Source: Eledone cirrhosa (Eukaryota). Taken from it: a DNA stretch of 64,000 bases. Made by a program: the position numbers and the translations under genes. Below the pieces are notes generated by a model. The model saw only the letters and a list, made by a program, of their open reading frames with translations. It was not told where the DNA came from and did no database searches. Location: the NCBI GenBank assembly GCA_964016885.1, contig OZ024752.1, positions 50,351,844 to 50,415,843 of the forward strand, in the 5' to 3' direction. Positions 25,931 to 38,639 of this stretch are shown here, one piece after another; positions within the stretch are counted from its first letter, which is position 1; every line of letters starts with the position of its first letter.

Positions 25931-26547
25931 GGGAGAGGAAGAAAGAAGATATTCATCACAAATAAATCTAAGTATAAACACAATAAAGAACTATCCTTTT
26001 CTTTCATGAAAAGACTTACGTCTATTATAAAGAGATGGAATTATATATAATGAAATTTTCAATAGTTTACATGCCACTGTACATAGCTTTCTTCAGCAAG
26101 TAGAAAAAGGCATGTCAAAGACACATAAGTAGTAGAAAGATTACAACAAAATGCCTTCCTAAACACCTTCCATTCTAACAACTTTAGAAACACTTCTGTC
26201 TTTTTTATTATTATTATTATTTTGTTTTCATTTAGGAGGAGGCATTTCTTTTTGTCTGTTACCTATCATATTTCTTTTGTAATAAAGAAAACTTTTCTTG
26301 GAAAATATCAGATTTACAAGATAAGATATTGTTTTATTGGAAGGTAAGAATATTGTATGAACAATTTTGAATTCAGGATTATCTTAGAAAGGACTAGAAT
26401 ACATTTTGGTTCAAAAACATTTTAAGATATTCTATTAGAAAATATGTGAAAGTCATTTCTTTTATATTACTTTTAAGACAAAAACAAAATGAATATAACA
26501 ACATGTTTAAGTACAATTCTTCGGTAGTAGAGAATTTCTTTATTATA

Positions 26548-26981
26548 AGGCGGTGGATTGGCAGTATCGGTAGAGGGTCGGACGCCATGCTTTGCAGCAT
26601 AGAGTTATGGCCCTTTACGAGTTCAAATCCCGCCGAGGTTAACTTTGCTTTTCGTCCTTACAGGGTCAATAAAACAAAGTACCAGTAATGCACTGGGGTA
26701 ATTGCTGGCCTTGTGCCAAAAGTAGAAACAATTATTATTAGTAGTAGTGACAAGGGCGGTGGATTAGCAGTGTCGTTAGAGCGTCGGACTACATCCTTTA
26801 TGGCATAGAGTTACGCCCCTTCACGACCTGAGTTCTAATCATGTCGAGGTTAACTTTGCCTTTCATCTTTACGGGGTCGATAAAATAAAGTACCAGTAAT
26901 GCACTGGTGTTGATTTAATCGACTCTCACACACCCCCTCCTTCAAATTGCTGGCCTTGTGCCTAAATCAGAAACCATTATT
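26548..26981 (+). mobile_element. Two SINE-A copies (26548-26740 short form; 26754-26981 long form)
   Basis: Consensus match. The second has about 35 extra nt (gttgatttaatcgactc...ccctccttc) before the tail. Confidence 0.9.
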
Positions 26982-27109
26982 AGTAGTGACAGTAACTGCA
27001 CAAAGCATATTGTCCGATGCTCTACCGATACTGCCAATCCACTGTCCTAGTGGTACCTAAACAAACTACATATATAACTTCAGTAAAAAAAACTAGTTCT
27101 CCCACTTAC

Positions 27110-27279
27110 CTTGAACATAAACACCTTTCTCTGGATGTTCTTTCAAACTCATCGAGTATTTGGTGTCCTTCCCAAGTAAATCATGTATTTCCTCATTGTA
27201 AATTTCAAGATAAGAAGATCGTATAAGAAATTTCGTTTTTTCTGCAATTGATACTGTTTCAAATATGTGTTCAAATGCC
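27110..27279 (-). CDS. KIF17: Internal coding exon of a kinesin-2 motor protein (KIF17/OSM-3-like)
   Basis: Minus strand reads tttcttcttctttcag|G GCA TTT...GTT CAA G|gtaagt (170 nt). It translates to (R)[56 protein letters not shown], which has the kinesin SYLEIYNE motif and the KIF17-type AFEH.F and [11 protein letters not shown] segments (recalled family sequence). Confidence 0.92.
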
Positions 27280-27338
27280 CTGAAAGAAGAAGAAATACAT
27301 CATCATCATCACCATCATAATAATAATAATAATAATAA

Positions 27339-27866
27339 TAATTGTTTCTACTTTAGGCACAAGGCCAGTAATTACCCAGTGCATTACTGGTACTTTATTT
27401 TATCGACCCCTGTAAGGATGAAAGGCAAAGTCAACCTCGGCGGGATTTGAACTCAGATCGTAAAGGGACGTAACTATGCTGGAAAGCATGGCGTCCGACC
27501 CTATACCGATACTGCCAATCCACCGCCCTAACATGGCGTCCGACCCTCTACCGATACTGCGAATCCACCGCCCTAACATGGCGTCCGACCCTCTACCGAT
27601 ACTGCCAATCCACCGCCCTAACATGGCGTCCGACCCTCTACCGATACTGCCAAATGATTTCATCCACAAAGGCCGACATAATAATTGTTTCTACTTTTGG
27701 CACAAGGCCAGCAATAATTACCCAGTGCATTACTGGTACTTTATTTTATCAAGACCGTAAGGATGAAAGGCAAAGTTAACCTCGGCGGGATTTGAACTAA
27801 GAATGGAAAGGGCCGTAACTCTATGCGTCAAAGCATGGCGTCCGACCCCCTACCGATACTACCAAT
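27339..27866 (-). mobile_element. Two SINE-A copies (27339-27654 with 4x head; 27681-27866)
   Basis: Consensus match, with a 45-bp head unit at 27487, 27532, 27577 and 27622. Confidence 0.9.
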
Positions 27867-27903
27867 AATCAACAAAGTTAGCAAACAATGTTTGATTTTT
27901 TTC

Positions 27904-27952
<49 letters not shown>

Positions 27953-30900
27953 TTATTAAATCATCACATTGTTTTATACGTTATTGAAAACTGTTCACTG
28001 CTAGAACAAAAAGATGGCGATGGTCATTTATAAAACAGAGTATTAGCAATTGGAAAGACCAATGGAAACATTGTCTCCTCGGTCCGATTTGACGAAAGTC
28101 GATCGACTGTCTCTCTCTCTTAGCCTAAGATTGAAACCTTTGGCGGGCCGGACAAAAATCCTTTGTCCTCACAGTCCAGGGGTTGCCAATCGCTGCTCTA
28201 TATAGTTCAACATTCCAAAATGTTGTTTTTTCTATGTTAATGTCAACACTCCATACTCTATAATCTACTTACCCTACATGGTTCAACATATCAACATTTT
28301 ATCTTTAGTTTGTTTTATTTCTATTTTGCGTTTGTTTTTGTTTGTTTGTTTATTGCAGTAGGGGGAGAAGAGGGTTCCGCATAATTAAAATTTTGAAATT
28401 GTCTTTTGTTTTTGCTTTTGTTTTCTATGTGAATGAAAAATAGATGAAAACGAAAGATATGATAATTTTTATTGCAAATGTATCAAAAGTCATATCCATT
28501 TTCTTGCATATCGCCATGACTATATCAGATGTCAATCACTAACTAAAATCATTTATTGGAATCTAAACGCTAAATTAAATAATGATAGAAAAACATTTAT
28601 AATTTCAAGTTATAATGGGGGGGGGGGGGAGCAAATAATACTATTTCATTTTTCTTCTTTTCTTCTTTTTTTATTTTTTTTTAGTGATGTTTTGAAGCCT
28701 AATCTGTGGAATGTAATACTACCAATCATGAACCCTTTTGTCACCATATCTCATGAACCCTTTTCTCACCATATTTCTAATGAAATATATCCTCGTAGTG
28801 TTTCAAATAATTTTGAAAATAATCAAGAATTGTTGGGGAGGGGTTGTGATATAAATAATGACAATTACAATACAAGCTAAGGTCATTCTCCTCACAAAAG
28901 AAAGTGTTAGCAATGCATGCCGCTTCAGATAGGGTCCTTTTTTAAGACAAGGTTTTACAGTCATATGCCCTTCTTGGTGCCTACAACATGAAGGGATATA
29001 GGGTACCTATCCTAAGATATATAACTTTCTCATTATTAAGCTAATGTTTAGAACATAACAAAGGTTCTTAGATAAAATTATGGTGGGAGGATTTTAGGTA
29101 AATATAAACACTTTAAAAGAAACAGTTTTGATCTGTTTCTGCCACTAACTTTGTAAAAGGGAAAAGCTAATCCATAGCTCATACCAAGAAAACTGTTTCC
29201 ATTGAGTTTTTTCCACTGCTGATACTATTTGTCAGTTACAACTCCTAGAAAAGAATCACCACTACCCTTAGTCCAGATTAACTAATAATAAAAAAAAGCA
29301 CATTCACCCATTTTAATTCATTTGCTTCATATATGTGTGATTTCTATCACAGTATTTATCATAGATTTCTATCACAGTATTTATTCCAGTTTCTTGCATT
29401 CTTAGTTCAAATTCAGTTGAGGTCACCCATGCCCAATATCTCCAGGCCTTGCATGCACTAATCACTACACCCAGTCCTTCCTTTACATTATGACATTAGC
29501 ACATGGCATTAGATCTAATTTCAAACATTTTCACCTTCATATTATTATAGTTAAGTAGTAGGGAGACTGAATCTGGTTCCATAATATGTTTCTGACAAAT
29601 TATTATCTAGTTCAGCAAAATAAATAATCCAGTATGAGTCTGGAACCAAGGATGCTTGTAAATCTGTAAATCTGTAAATCTTTTAGATTATCATAAGCAA
29701 AATAAATCAACAAAAGTATGTTTTATCATAGGTCTAAAGTTAATAACCTTGCATTAATTCAATGCCATAATCAAATTTATTCATAAACAGAGTCTTTTCG
29801 TTATAAAGTTATCATATGTGAAAGAATAACTGGTATAATATAACTGATTATTTCAACAGTACTAAAACGGTTATCTTTTTATTTCTTTTTCCCCCAATGA
29901 ACACTTTAAATTGTATATTCCTCAGAAGCAATTATCTTATTTTACTTCATCAACAAACATGGAATCCTTTCAAAGTAGATATTTACAGTTATATATTTCT
30001 ATACTTTTTCCTTTAATTGGTGCCGAATAAATTCCTTTTAAGATTATTTTGACAACACATTATCTAGTTCAAGATTTTATGTTAATATTGTTCCTACAAA
30101 CTAAATTGACTTGCTACTTTTCTAAGTTTATTCAAACAGTGAAAGTATTAAATTAAAAATTCAATTGGTTTCAAAGATTATATTTAATTGCAATTTCAGA
30201 GAGAAAATTTATATATCTTTACTTGACAAAGGTTTCATTAAGCTGTTGCTGCTTTAAATATTTATAAATGAAGCATTATAAATGTATTAACATGTTTACT
30301 TCTTTGTTGTTGTGTGTGCATGAGTGTGTGTGTATGAGTGCATGAGTGTGTGTGTGTATGAGTGCATGAGAGTGTGTGTGTGTTTGTTTGTTTTTATATT
30401 TTTATTTCCAACAAAGATTTTAAATATTATTACTGATTACTTTCTTCATTAACTTAACATTGTTAATAACCTTTTCAAAAATAATTAAAAAAACATATTT
30501 TTATATTTTGCATGTAGATCTTCCATGTGATGATATAATTGCAAACTAGAAAGTGTGAACAATATTTAGTCGTTCAGAGAAGAAAAGTTTACTAACAAGA
30601 TTTCTAGAAATTTTAATAATAACCAAGATAAGAAATTTAGCTGCAGGAAATCTTTTCCAAGTGAATAATGGAAAATATTGCAACAGATAAATTCCAAAAT
30701 ACACCATTTAATCTCTCATTTCTCATATCTTATCCAGTTATTTTTATTCATATGTTCTTCATTTTTCATGCTTCCACTATTTGATCATTATTCCACACAA
30801 GTGTCTCAATTATGTGATTATTCTATTGTAGTTTCTATGTCCATTCCCAATGCTTCAGGGAGCTTTCCCCTCTTAGCTTCACACTCCTCTCACATCCATT

Positions 30901-31517
30901 GATGTTATATAATATAGCAACATTTAATTTGTTGCTGGCATGTCTATGCTATGGTTGAGGCAGTTGGTATCACTTCTCATTTGAAATGATTTCTTTATAT
31001 TCTTCTGGAATTGAAAGAAATGAACTCTTTTCCCCCATTATGACACCTCGACTGACATTAAATGAAGTCCTGCCAAGAAATTAACAGACACTACTGCCAG
31101 GAAAATAGCAGTAACAAATCCAAAGACTCAATCATTGGTGAAATAATAATCTATATTATAATAACTACAGCTTTTTGTCTGTCACTAGAATGCTACATAT
31201 TGTCATCTAACCCATGCCAGCGTAGAAGAATTGACATAAAATGATGATGATGTCACATAGATTCTCAACATTTTATATAGAATTCATGGAACACAAATGT
31301 AAGACAAAAGAAAGAGGGCAAATGGAAAATGTTCTAAAATGTTTTCTCTTAAAATTATTATGGAAAGTTTTTTAGATAAATATAAATAAAACATTGAACC
31401 ATAAGTGGTCTCAGGTCGTTTAGAATCAAAAGGGTATTAGGTCTGCTCCCTCTCAATTCACCTGGAGCTAAACAACAACATCAATAACATCTTTTTTGTT
31501 TTGTAAGCTTTGAGAGA

Positions 31518-31797
31518 TCACAGCTCCGATACTATGGACATGTAGTTAGAATGTCTCAGGAAAGAATTGCTGGACAGATTTAACAGACAAAACCAACAGG
31601 TAGGAGACCCAGGGGTAGACCCCGAGCAAGATGGTTGGATAACATCCATGAGCTTGGCTGGTCTCACTTGGGAATCGAACCAGTTCAGCTGGAGATGGTT
31701 GCTTCTGACAGGACTCATTGGAAGGAGTGTTTGAGGACTCTGCCCTCACAGCGCTCTCAGGAATGAGTGGGCAAAGAAAAAGAAGAGAAGAAGAAGC
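31518..31797 (+). mobile_element. Old RTE-clade LINE 3' fragment with a GAA-rich tail
   Basis: Translates with frameshifts to RSQLRYYGHVVRMSQERI...KPTGRRPRGRP..RWLD. Confidence 0.75.
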
Positions 31798-32029
31798 TTT
31801 ATAACAAGGAATCAATAACTTTTTGGCAAAGTATCATGACAATTTGGATTTCAGTTCTTTTAATTTATATAAAAAATAGAATTTTATTTCTTGTCCTAAC
31901 ACAGCTGATACATAAATGTAAGTATTATGTGCATACTTACATTTAATTTATATATATTATTAATATATATATATTATTCAGTGGCAATAAATTTACCCTT
32001 TTGTCATCCTCATCAGCAGCATTTAACAT

Positions 32030-32227
32030 CATATCCCGGTAGAAGAAAGCCGCAGTAGAGGAAGACCACGAAAAACATGGGCGGAGGTGGTGAGAGCAAA
32101 CTTCAGATTGCTAAAGCTCACAAAAGAGATGACGAAGGACTGTGACAAGTGGAGAGATGCTGTGCTAAATAGGACCCGTCCCACCCTTGCAAGCAGGGAA
32201 AAGCGGACGATGATGATGATGATGATG
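32030..32227 (+). mobile_element. RTE LINE 3' end
   Basis: Matches 33918-34127. Confidence 0.9.
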
Positions 32228-33132
32228 TCTAACAAAAATAATTGCCTATGATCTGCAATTAATCTTCTGTTTTTGTTTTTTTTTAATAATCAAGAATTTT
32301 GAGGGATTTAGTACAATATCTAACTTTTTCATTATTTATCTAATGTTTGGTGCATAACCTAACAGAGGGACTTACATAAAAAAAACGTTTATTTTACTGC
32401 AAGAGGTTTTCTCGTTTTAATTGTTTCCTATCTCTTCTCCTCACCTCTCCATAGGCTATCATTCCTTTAAGCATAGCTAAAGCTGCTTATTAAAATACAT
32501 AATTATTATGTGCCTACAGATTTCAATCTTTCAATCTTCTGATTTTATAGACTGTGATAGGCACCTGGTGACTTTGTGTGTTTTATGAGCAATTCTTTCT
32601 ATAATCTCCATATTGCAATTTTTGTTAGACATCAATATTTATGAAATATGAACTCTACAGCCTATGTGTTTCGCCATCCTACTTTCATATAATTATTAAT
32701 TACTATCTGCTAAAGGTGGTGGATTGGGAGTATCAGTAGAATGCCGGACAACATGCTTTGTGGCATATAGTTATATGGAAAATATTATAGAAAATGTTTT
32801 CAATATAAACACTTTACAATAAACAGTCTTGTATCAGAAAAGCAGGGGCTGTTTCAGGTGGTTTGGTATCAAAAAGATTAACCGCTCTAATAGAATCTGC
32901 AACAATTATTCTTAAACACCTTATAAAGATATTTTTTTTATTCTTTTAATTTATATATATATATATACATCAGGGTTCTCCTGATGATTTCCTTCGAATG
33001 AAACAGTTCTAGTCCTGTAGAAGCTATTTCTATATTAAATTTGATGTCTACAGTCTACTAATGTATAACTTACCTACTGCGGTTACCCCCGATTGAACCC
33101 AGGACTCATATTTATATTTATATATATATATA

Positions 33133-34127
33133 TGGCTCTTATGGCAGAATCAGTAGAGGAGCTAGAGAATAAATTCCGGCTATGGAAACAGCAGTTGGAA
33201 GCAAGAGGACTGAGAGTAAATCTAGCTAAGACAAAAGTGTTGATGAGTAGAAAAGAGGACAAAACCCTGATTCCGTCAGGGAAATGGCCATGTTCGATAT
33301 GCAGAAAAGGAACTGGCATAAATTCTATAAAATGCACACAATGTAGGTCCTGGGTACACAAGAGATGTAGCGGGATAGCAGGCAAACTAACAGGTAGGGA
33401 GAAATATGTATGCAGTAGATGTACAGGGAAATTAGACAGTAGAAGTCGCACTGATAGACACATTTTTCAAATGCGAGAGGGCGCTATAGAAGTGGTGGAT
33501 AGCTTCCGGTACCTAGGAGATCAGATTAGCATGGGAGGAGGGCGTTCCGAGGCCATAGTATCTAGAATAAGGACGGGTTGGAAGAAGTTTAGGGAGCTGC
33601 TTCCTCTGTTGACGAAGAAGGGTTTCTCCCTGCGTACGAAAGGCCGGTTGTATGATGCCTGTGTGAGGAGCGCGATGCTGCATGGTAGTGAGACATGGGC
33701 AGCTACCGCAGAAGATATGCGACGGCTGGAGAGAAATGAGGCAAGCATGCTCCGTTGGATGTGCAGTGTAAATGTGCGTGAACGACCCAGCATAAATGTG
33801 TTGAGAGAGAAACTGTGTCTGAGAGGGATAGAATGTAGTGTACGGGAGAGGAGACTGAGGTGGTATGGACATGTGATGCGCATGGAGGATGACCGATGGG
33901 TGAAGAAGTGCCAGGAAATGCCAGTTGAAGGAAGACGTGGTAGAGGTAGACCACGAAAAACATGGGCGGAGGTGGTGAGAACAGACCTCAGATCATTGAA
34001 GCTCACGGTGGAGATGACGAGGGACTGTGACGAGTGGAGAGATGCTGTGCTGAATAAGACCCGTCCCACCCTTGCAAGCAGGGAAAAGCGGACGTAAAAT
34101 GATGATGATGATGATGATGATGATGAT
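33133..34127 (+). mobile_element. 5'-truncated RTE-clade LINE, uninterrupted C-terminal RT region with a PHD-type finger
   Basis: ORF to 34097 contains GLRVNLAKTKV, FRYLG, LHGSETW, RRLRWYGHVMRM and RGRGRPRKTW, all RTE hallmarks. (GAT)n tail; 5' junction in (TA)n. Confidence 0.95.
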
Positions 34128-34487
34128 ATGTGTTAGGTAATTCCGAAGAAAAAGCAAAGGAAAAAAGAGTGCTCTATGTACAGAACAGAGCTATTAATTA
34201 ATTAACAGTATATTAATATTGACTGGGAACCAGAAACCTTTGGTAATGGAGTAGTAATATTTTGTGTTCACTTTCTAATTATATGTATATATATATATGT
34301 GTGTGTGTGTGTGTATAAACCAAACGAAAAAGATATATATATATATATATATCAAAAGTATATATTGAGCCTGAAACTTAGAATATATTGAGTTGGAAAC
34401 TCAGTGTAGTCCCTTACAATTAAAATAGCTCAAGGAAAAGATTTTTCCGGGCCTAGCAAATTTGGTCCCTTATAATTTTGAACACAG

Positions 34488-34527
<40 letters not shown>

Positions 34528-34560
34528 TTATCTCTCTTTATTATAGTGAATTATGTGTAT

Positions 34561-34736
34561 ATATAGAGAGAGAAAGAGCCATATATGGTATAGGAACCAT
34601 ATTATATTGTATATATACCAAATACATATTCCATAGAAGAATATGTACACTGGTAGAATCGTTACATATTCTTCTATGGAATATCTATTTGGTATATATA
34701 CAATATACTGTGTTTCTTATACAATATATGGTTCTT

Positions 34737-34756
<20 letters not shown>
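34561..34756. repeat. Imperfect foldback inverted repeat (about 87-bp arms, 15-nt loop)
   Basis: tatattgtatatataccaaatacatattccatagaagaatatgta pairs with tacatattcttctatggaatatctatttggtatatatacaatata. Confidence 0.88.
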
Positions 34757-34770
<14 letters not shown>

Positions 34771-34870
34771 ACTTTTTAATTTGGTTTATTATGGCTCTAG
34801 ATAATGTCTATTGAGCTGGCTTATTGAGAAACAAAATTCTAACATATTTGATTCACTATTTATATATATA

Positions 34871-34902
<32 letters not shown>

Positions 34903-35089
34903 ATATATATATATTTATGAAGAAAAGAGATTATCACCATATGTAATAAAATTCAAAAACATATTACATCTCAAAAAAACTAAATTCCATGATGATGTCA
35001 TAAAAATCTATATCTCATATATTCCACCAATATTTGTTTTATTCTTCAATGCAAAGAATAACTAACAAACTCTAATATAGTGATCACAC

Positions 35090-35123
<34 letters not shown>

Positions 35124-35164
35124 ATCACACACACATAATTACACACACACATGCATACAATCAT

Positions 35165-35222
<58 letters not shown>

Positions 35223-35373
35223 ATAAACTTTAATCTGTTATTTTAATAAATATATATATATATATATATATATGCAATCACACATATGTGCAATCAAACA
35301 CACATACACACACATATAAATATATACGTATATACGATCACACACATATATATATATATAGACATGCACAATT

Positions 35374-35453
<80 letters not shown>

Positions 35454-36112
35454 GCTAGCGTGGAAGATGGACGTTAAACGATGATGATGATAATGACACA
35501 CACACATACAAATACACATACACACACAAATCCAAAAGAAAAAAATATCTATTTTATTTCTATGTTGATAAAAATTTGGATTCACAATTTTGTCAATAGT
35601 CATAAAATTTCAACAGTTGATATGGATTTTAATATGGTAACAATAAATTTTAATATATGTAATACAGTCTTGGGAAATAAACTTAACATTCTACACTTAC
35701 TCCTTATTTTCATTATTATTATCATGATCATTATTATTATTATTATCATCATTATTATTATTATTATCCTTATTATTAGCAGCACCTTTTTTTTAGATAA
35801 TGTTTTCATTTTGTTTTCGTTTTGCTTTAGCTTTTGCTTATATTTGTTGAACATATTTTCCTTTTTTTTTTAATAAAGTTACAAAGAGAAAACATAGCCT
35901 GCCTTTAGAAATAAACAGAATATAAAACTTAAGAGATAAAAATCAATTGGGAGTTGATAGCAGTATGGCGGGGATGGTGGGGGTGGAGGTGATGGTGGCG
36001 ATGGTGGGGAGGGATGCTAGAACTATACACCTATTCACAGGAATTTAAGCATAATTATTAAAGAATATATTCAAGAAAAATAGGCCAACAAACTACCAAT
36101 CAGGAATGTGCT

Positions 36113-36155
<43 letters not shown>

Positions 36156-36167
36156 ATGTGTGTGTGC

Positions 36168-36201
<34 letters not shown>

Positions 36202-36230
36202 ATGTGTGTGTGCATATATATATATATATA

Positions 36231-36282
<52 letters not shown>

Positions 36283-36296
36283 CATATATATATATG

Positions 36297-36329
<33 letters not shown>

Positions 36330-36994
36330 GCACACACACACATATATAAATATATAAGTACATATATATATACAATATATATATATACACATGCACATGT
36401 ACATGTGTAAGTGTGTATATGAATACAGTATAAAATATACATATATTTATAATTTTATATATATATTTTCATGAGTGTGTCAGTATAATTGCACATATAT
36501 GGGTTTGTGTATATTTGATTATAGCAAGTGATATATACATCTATATATGTGTATGTGCATGTGTGTATATGTGTTTATGCATGTGTACATGTGCGTGTAT
36601 GTATAAATATGTGCATATAATATATACATATAAAGCTATAGAGATAAAGAAATATGTATGAACTATAAATGTGTGTATATGCTCACATATTTATAATTCT
36701 TTATATAATTGTATGTGCATATATACATATTTATATATGTGTGTGTTGCATTATATATTTAAACTTAGATATGTATATATCATATATATATATGTGTATA
36801 TATATATATAAAGAGAGAGAGAGAGAGAATCTGTGGTTCTAAGACCAAGGAGGCCACTAATGAGAGTACTCAATGCATAGGGAGATACATAGTGGGTATA
36901 GAGTTATGTGAAATACCAAGCACTTCATGCTGTGGTCTGTAGTTTACATACTTTTCTCTATATATGTGTATATATGTGTGTGTGTATATATATA

Positions 36995-37200
36995 TCATCA
37001 TCATTTTTTCATTTTACGTCCGGTTTTCCCTGCTTGCAAGGGTGGGACATGGTGTTAGGAAGGGCATCCAGCCGTAGAAAACCCGCCGGACAGTCCAAGA
37101 CAACCAATCTTGCCTCAAGTGGGACAATTCCCATCCAGACCCATGCTAGCATGGAAAATGGACGTTAAACGATGATGATGATGATGATGATGATGATGAT
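36995..37200. mobile_element. Back-to-back retroposon tails: RTE tail (-) 36995-37048 and SINE-C 3' part (+) 37049-37200
   Basis: Direct matches to 34063-34100 and 38825-38975. Confidence 0.8.
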
Positions 37201-37303
37201 ATATATATATATATATGTAAAAGATAAATAGAAATAACAACACAAACAGTACAGTATATGGAAGGAATATATTAGTTTAAGGCTTGAAATAGCAGGAAGA
37301 GGG

Positions 37304-37339
37304 TCTTAACGTTTCGTACACTAGTCCTTCATCAGAAGA
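37304..37339 (-). ncRNA. Minimal hammerhead motif of Penelope pLTR type
   Basis: Minus strand: tctt-CTGATGA-a-ggac-tagt-gtac-GAAA-cg-TT-aaga, with palindromic AACGTT stem III and 4-bp stem I. Matches the CTGATGAAGG...CGAAACGT pattern known from Penelope-like elements. Confidence 0.6.
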
Positions 37340-37381
37340 AAGAATGAGAAATTGGAAGGATTGAGGAGACAGGCAGGGCAC

Positions 37382-37468
<87 letters not shown>

Positions 37469-37492
37469 AGACACATTTTTATATATATATAT

Positions 37493-38155
37493 TGATAAAC
37501 ACATTTTTCAAATGCAGGTGGGTGCTATAGAAGTGGTGGATAGCTTCTGGTACCTAGGAGATCAGATTAGCATGGGAGGGGGGTGTTCCGAGGCCATAGT
37601 ATCTAGAATAAGGACAGACTGGAAGAAGTTTAGGGAGTTGCTTCCTCTGCTGATGAAGAAAGGGTTCTCTCTGCGTACGAAAGGCCGGTTATATGGTGCC
37701 TGTGTGAGGAGCGCGATGCTGCATGGTAGTGAGACTTGGGCAGCAACTGCAGAGGATATGCGACGGCTGGAGAGAAATGAAGCAAGCATTCTCCGTTGGA
37801 TGTGCAATGTCAATGTGCGTGAACGACCCAGCATGGATGTGTTGAGAGAGAAACTGTGTCTGAGAGGGATAGATTGTAGTGTGTGAGAGAGGAGACTTAG
37901 GTGGTATGGACATGTGATGCGCATGGAGGATGACCAATGGGTGAAGAAGTGCCAGGAAATGCCAGTTGAAGGAAGACGTAGTAGAGGTAGACCACGAAGA
38001 ACATGGGCGGAGGTGGTGAGAACAGACCTGAGATTGCTGAAGCTCACGGTGGAGATGACGAAGGACCGTGACGAGTGGAGAGATGCTGTGCTGAATAGGA
38101 CCCATCCCACCCTTGCAAGCAGGGAAGAGCGGACGTAAAATGATCGTGATGATGA

Positions 38156-38159
<4 letters not shown>
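37493..38159 (+). mobile_element. 5'-truncated RTE LINE, second copy, with a premature TGA at 37884
   Basis: Highly similar to 33451-34127; ORFs 37464-37886 and 37914-38138 are in one frame. Confidence 0.95.
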
Positions 38160-38207
<48 letters not shown>

Positions 38208-38414
38208 ACACATCCCTAGCCAGGTCTTCCAGAGATAGAGGGAGAAAACTAAGAACAGTACTGCACTCATATTTTATTTATTGGCCTCAAAATAATAATA
38301 CACAAGATTTGAACTCAGCACAGATACTGAGATAAATACTGAGTAGTATTGACTACTACATTCTAGCAGCTTTGCTGGTTCATTGCTTATTTATATATAT
38401 ATATATATATTAAA

Positions 38415-38590
38415 AAAGTGCAGGGCAATAAAAATAGAAGGTAGCCACGGAGTAGGCAGACCCAGAAAAACCTGGGACGACTTGATAAATTCCGACCTCA
38501 CACACTTACACCTCTCCAAGACAATGTCACTGGACTGAGATCTTTGGCGGTACTCAGTAATAGTGAAGACCCGCCTTACCTAAATACAAA
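38415..38590 (+). mobile_element. Diverged RTE-family 3' fragment
   Basis: Encodes KKCRAIKIEGSHGVGRPRKTWDDLINSDL. Confidence 0.7.
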
Positions 38591-38639
38591 GTAAAACCTA
38601 CTACAGTCAGTAGGCACTTCTAACAAAATACACCCCGTC

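Noticed and set aside
32442-32473. Kinesin P-loop exon (MIAYGE followed by gtgag, minus strand)
   Set aside because: Does not match NGTIFAYGQTG and the acceptor is weak.
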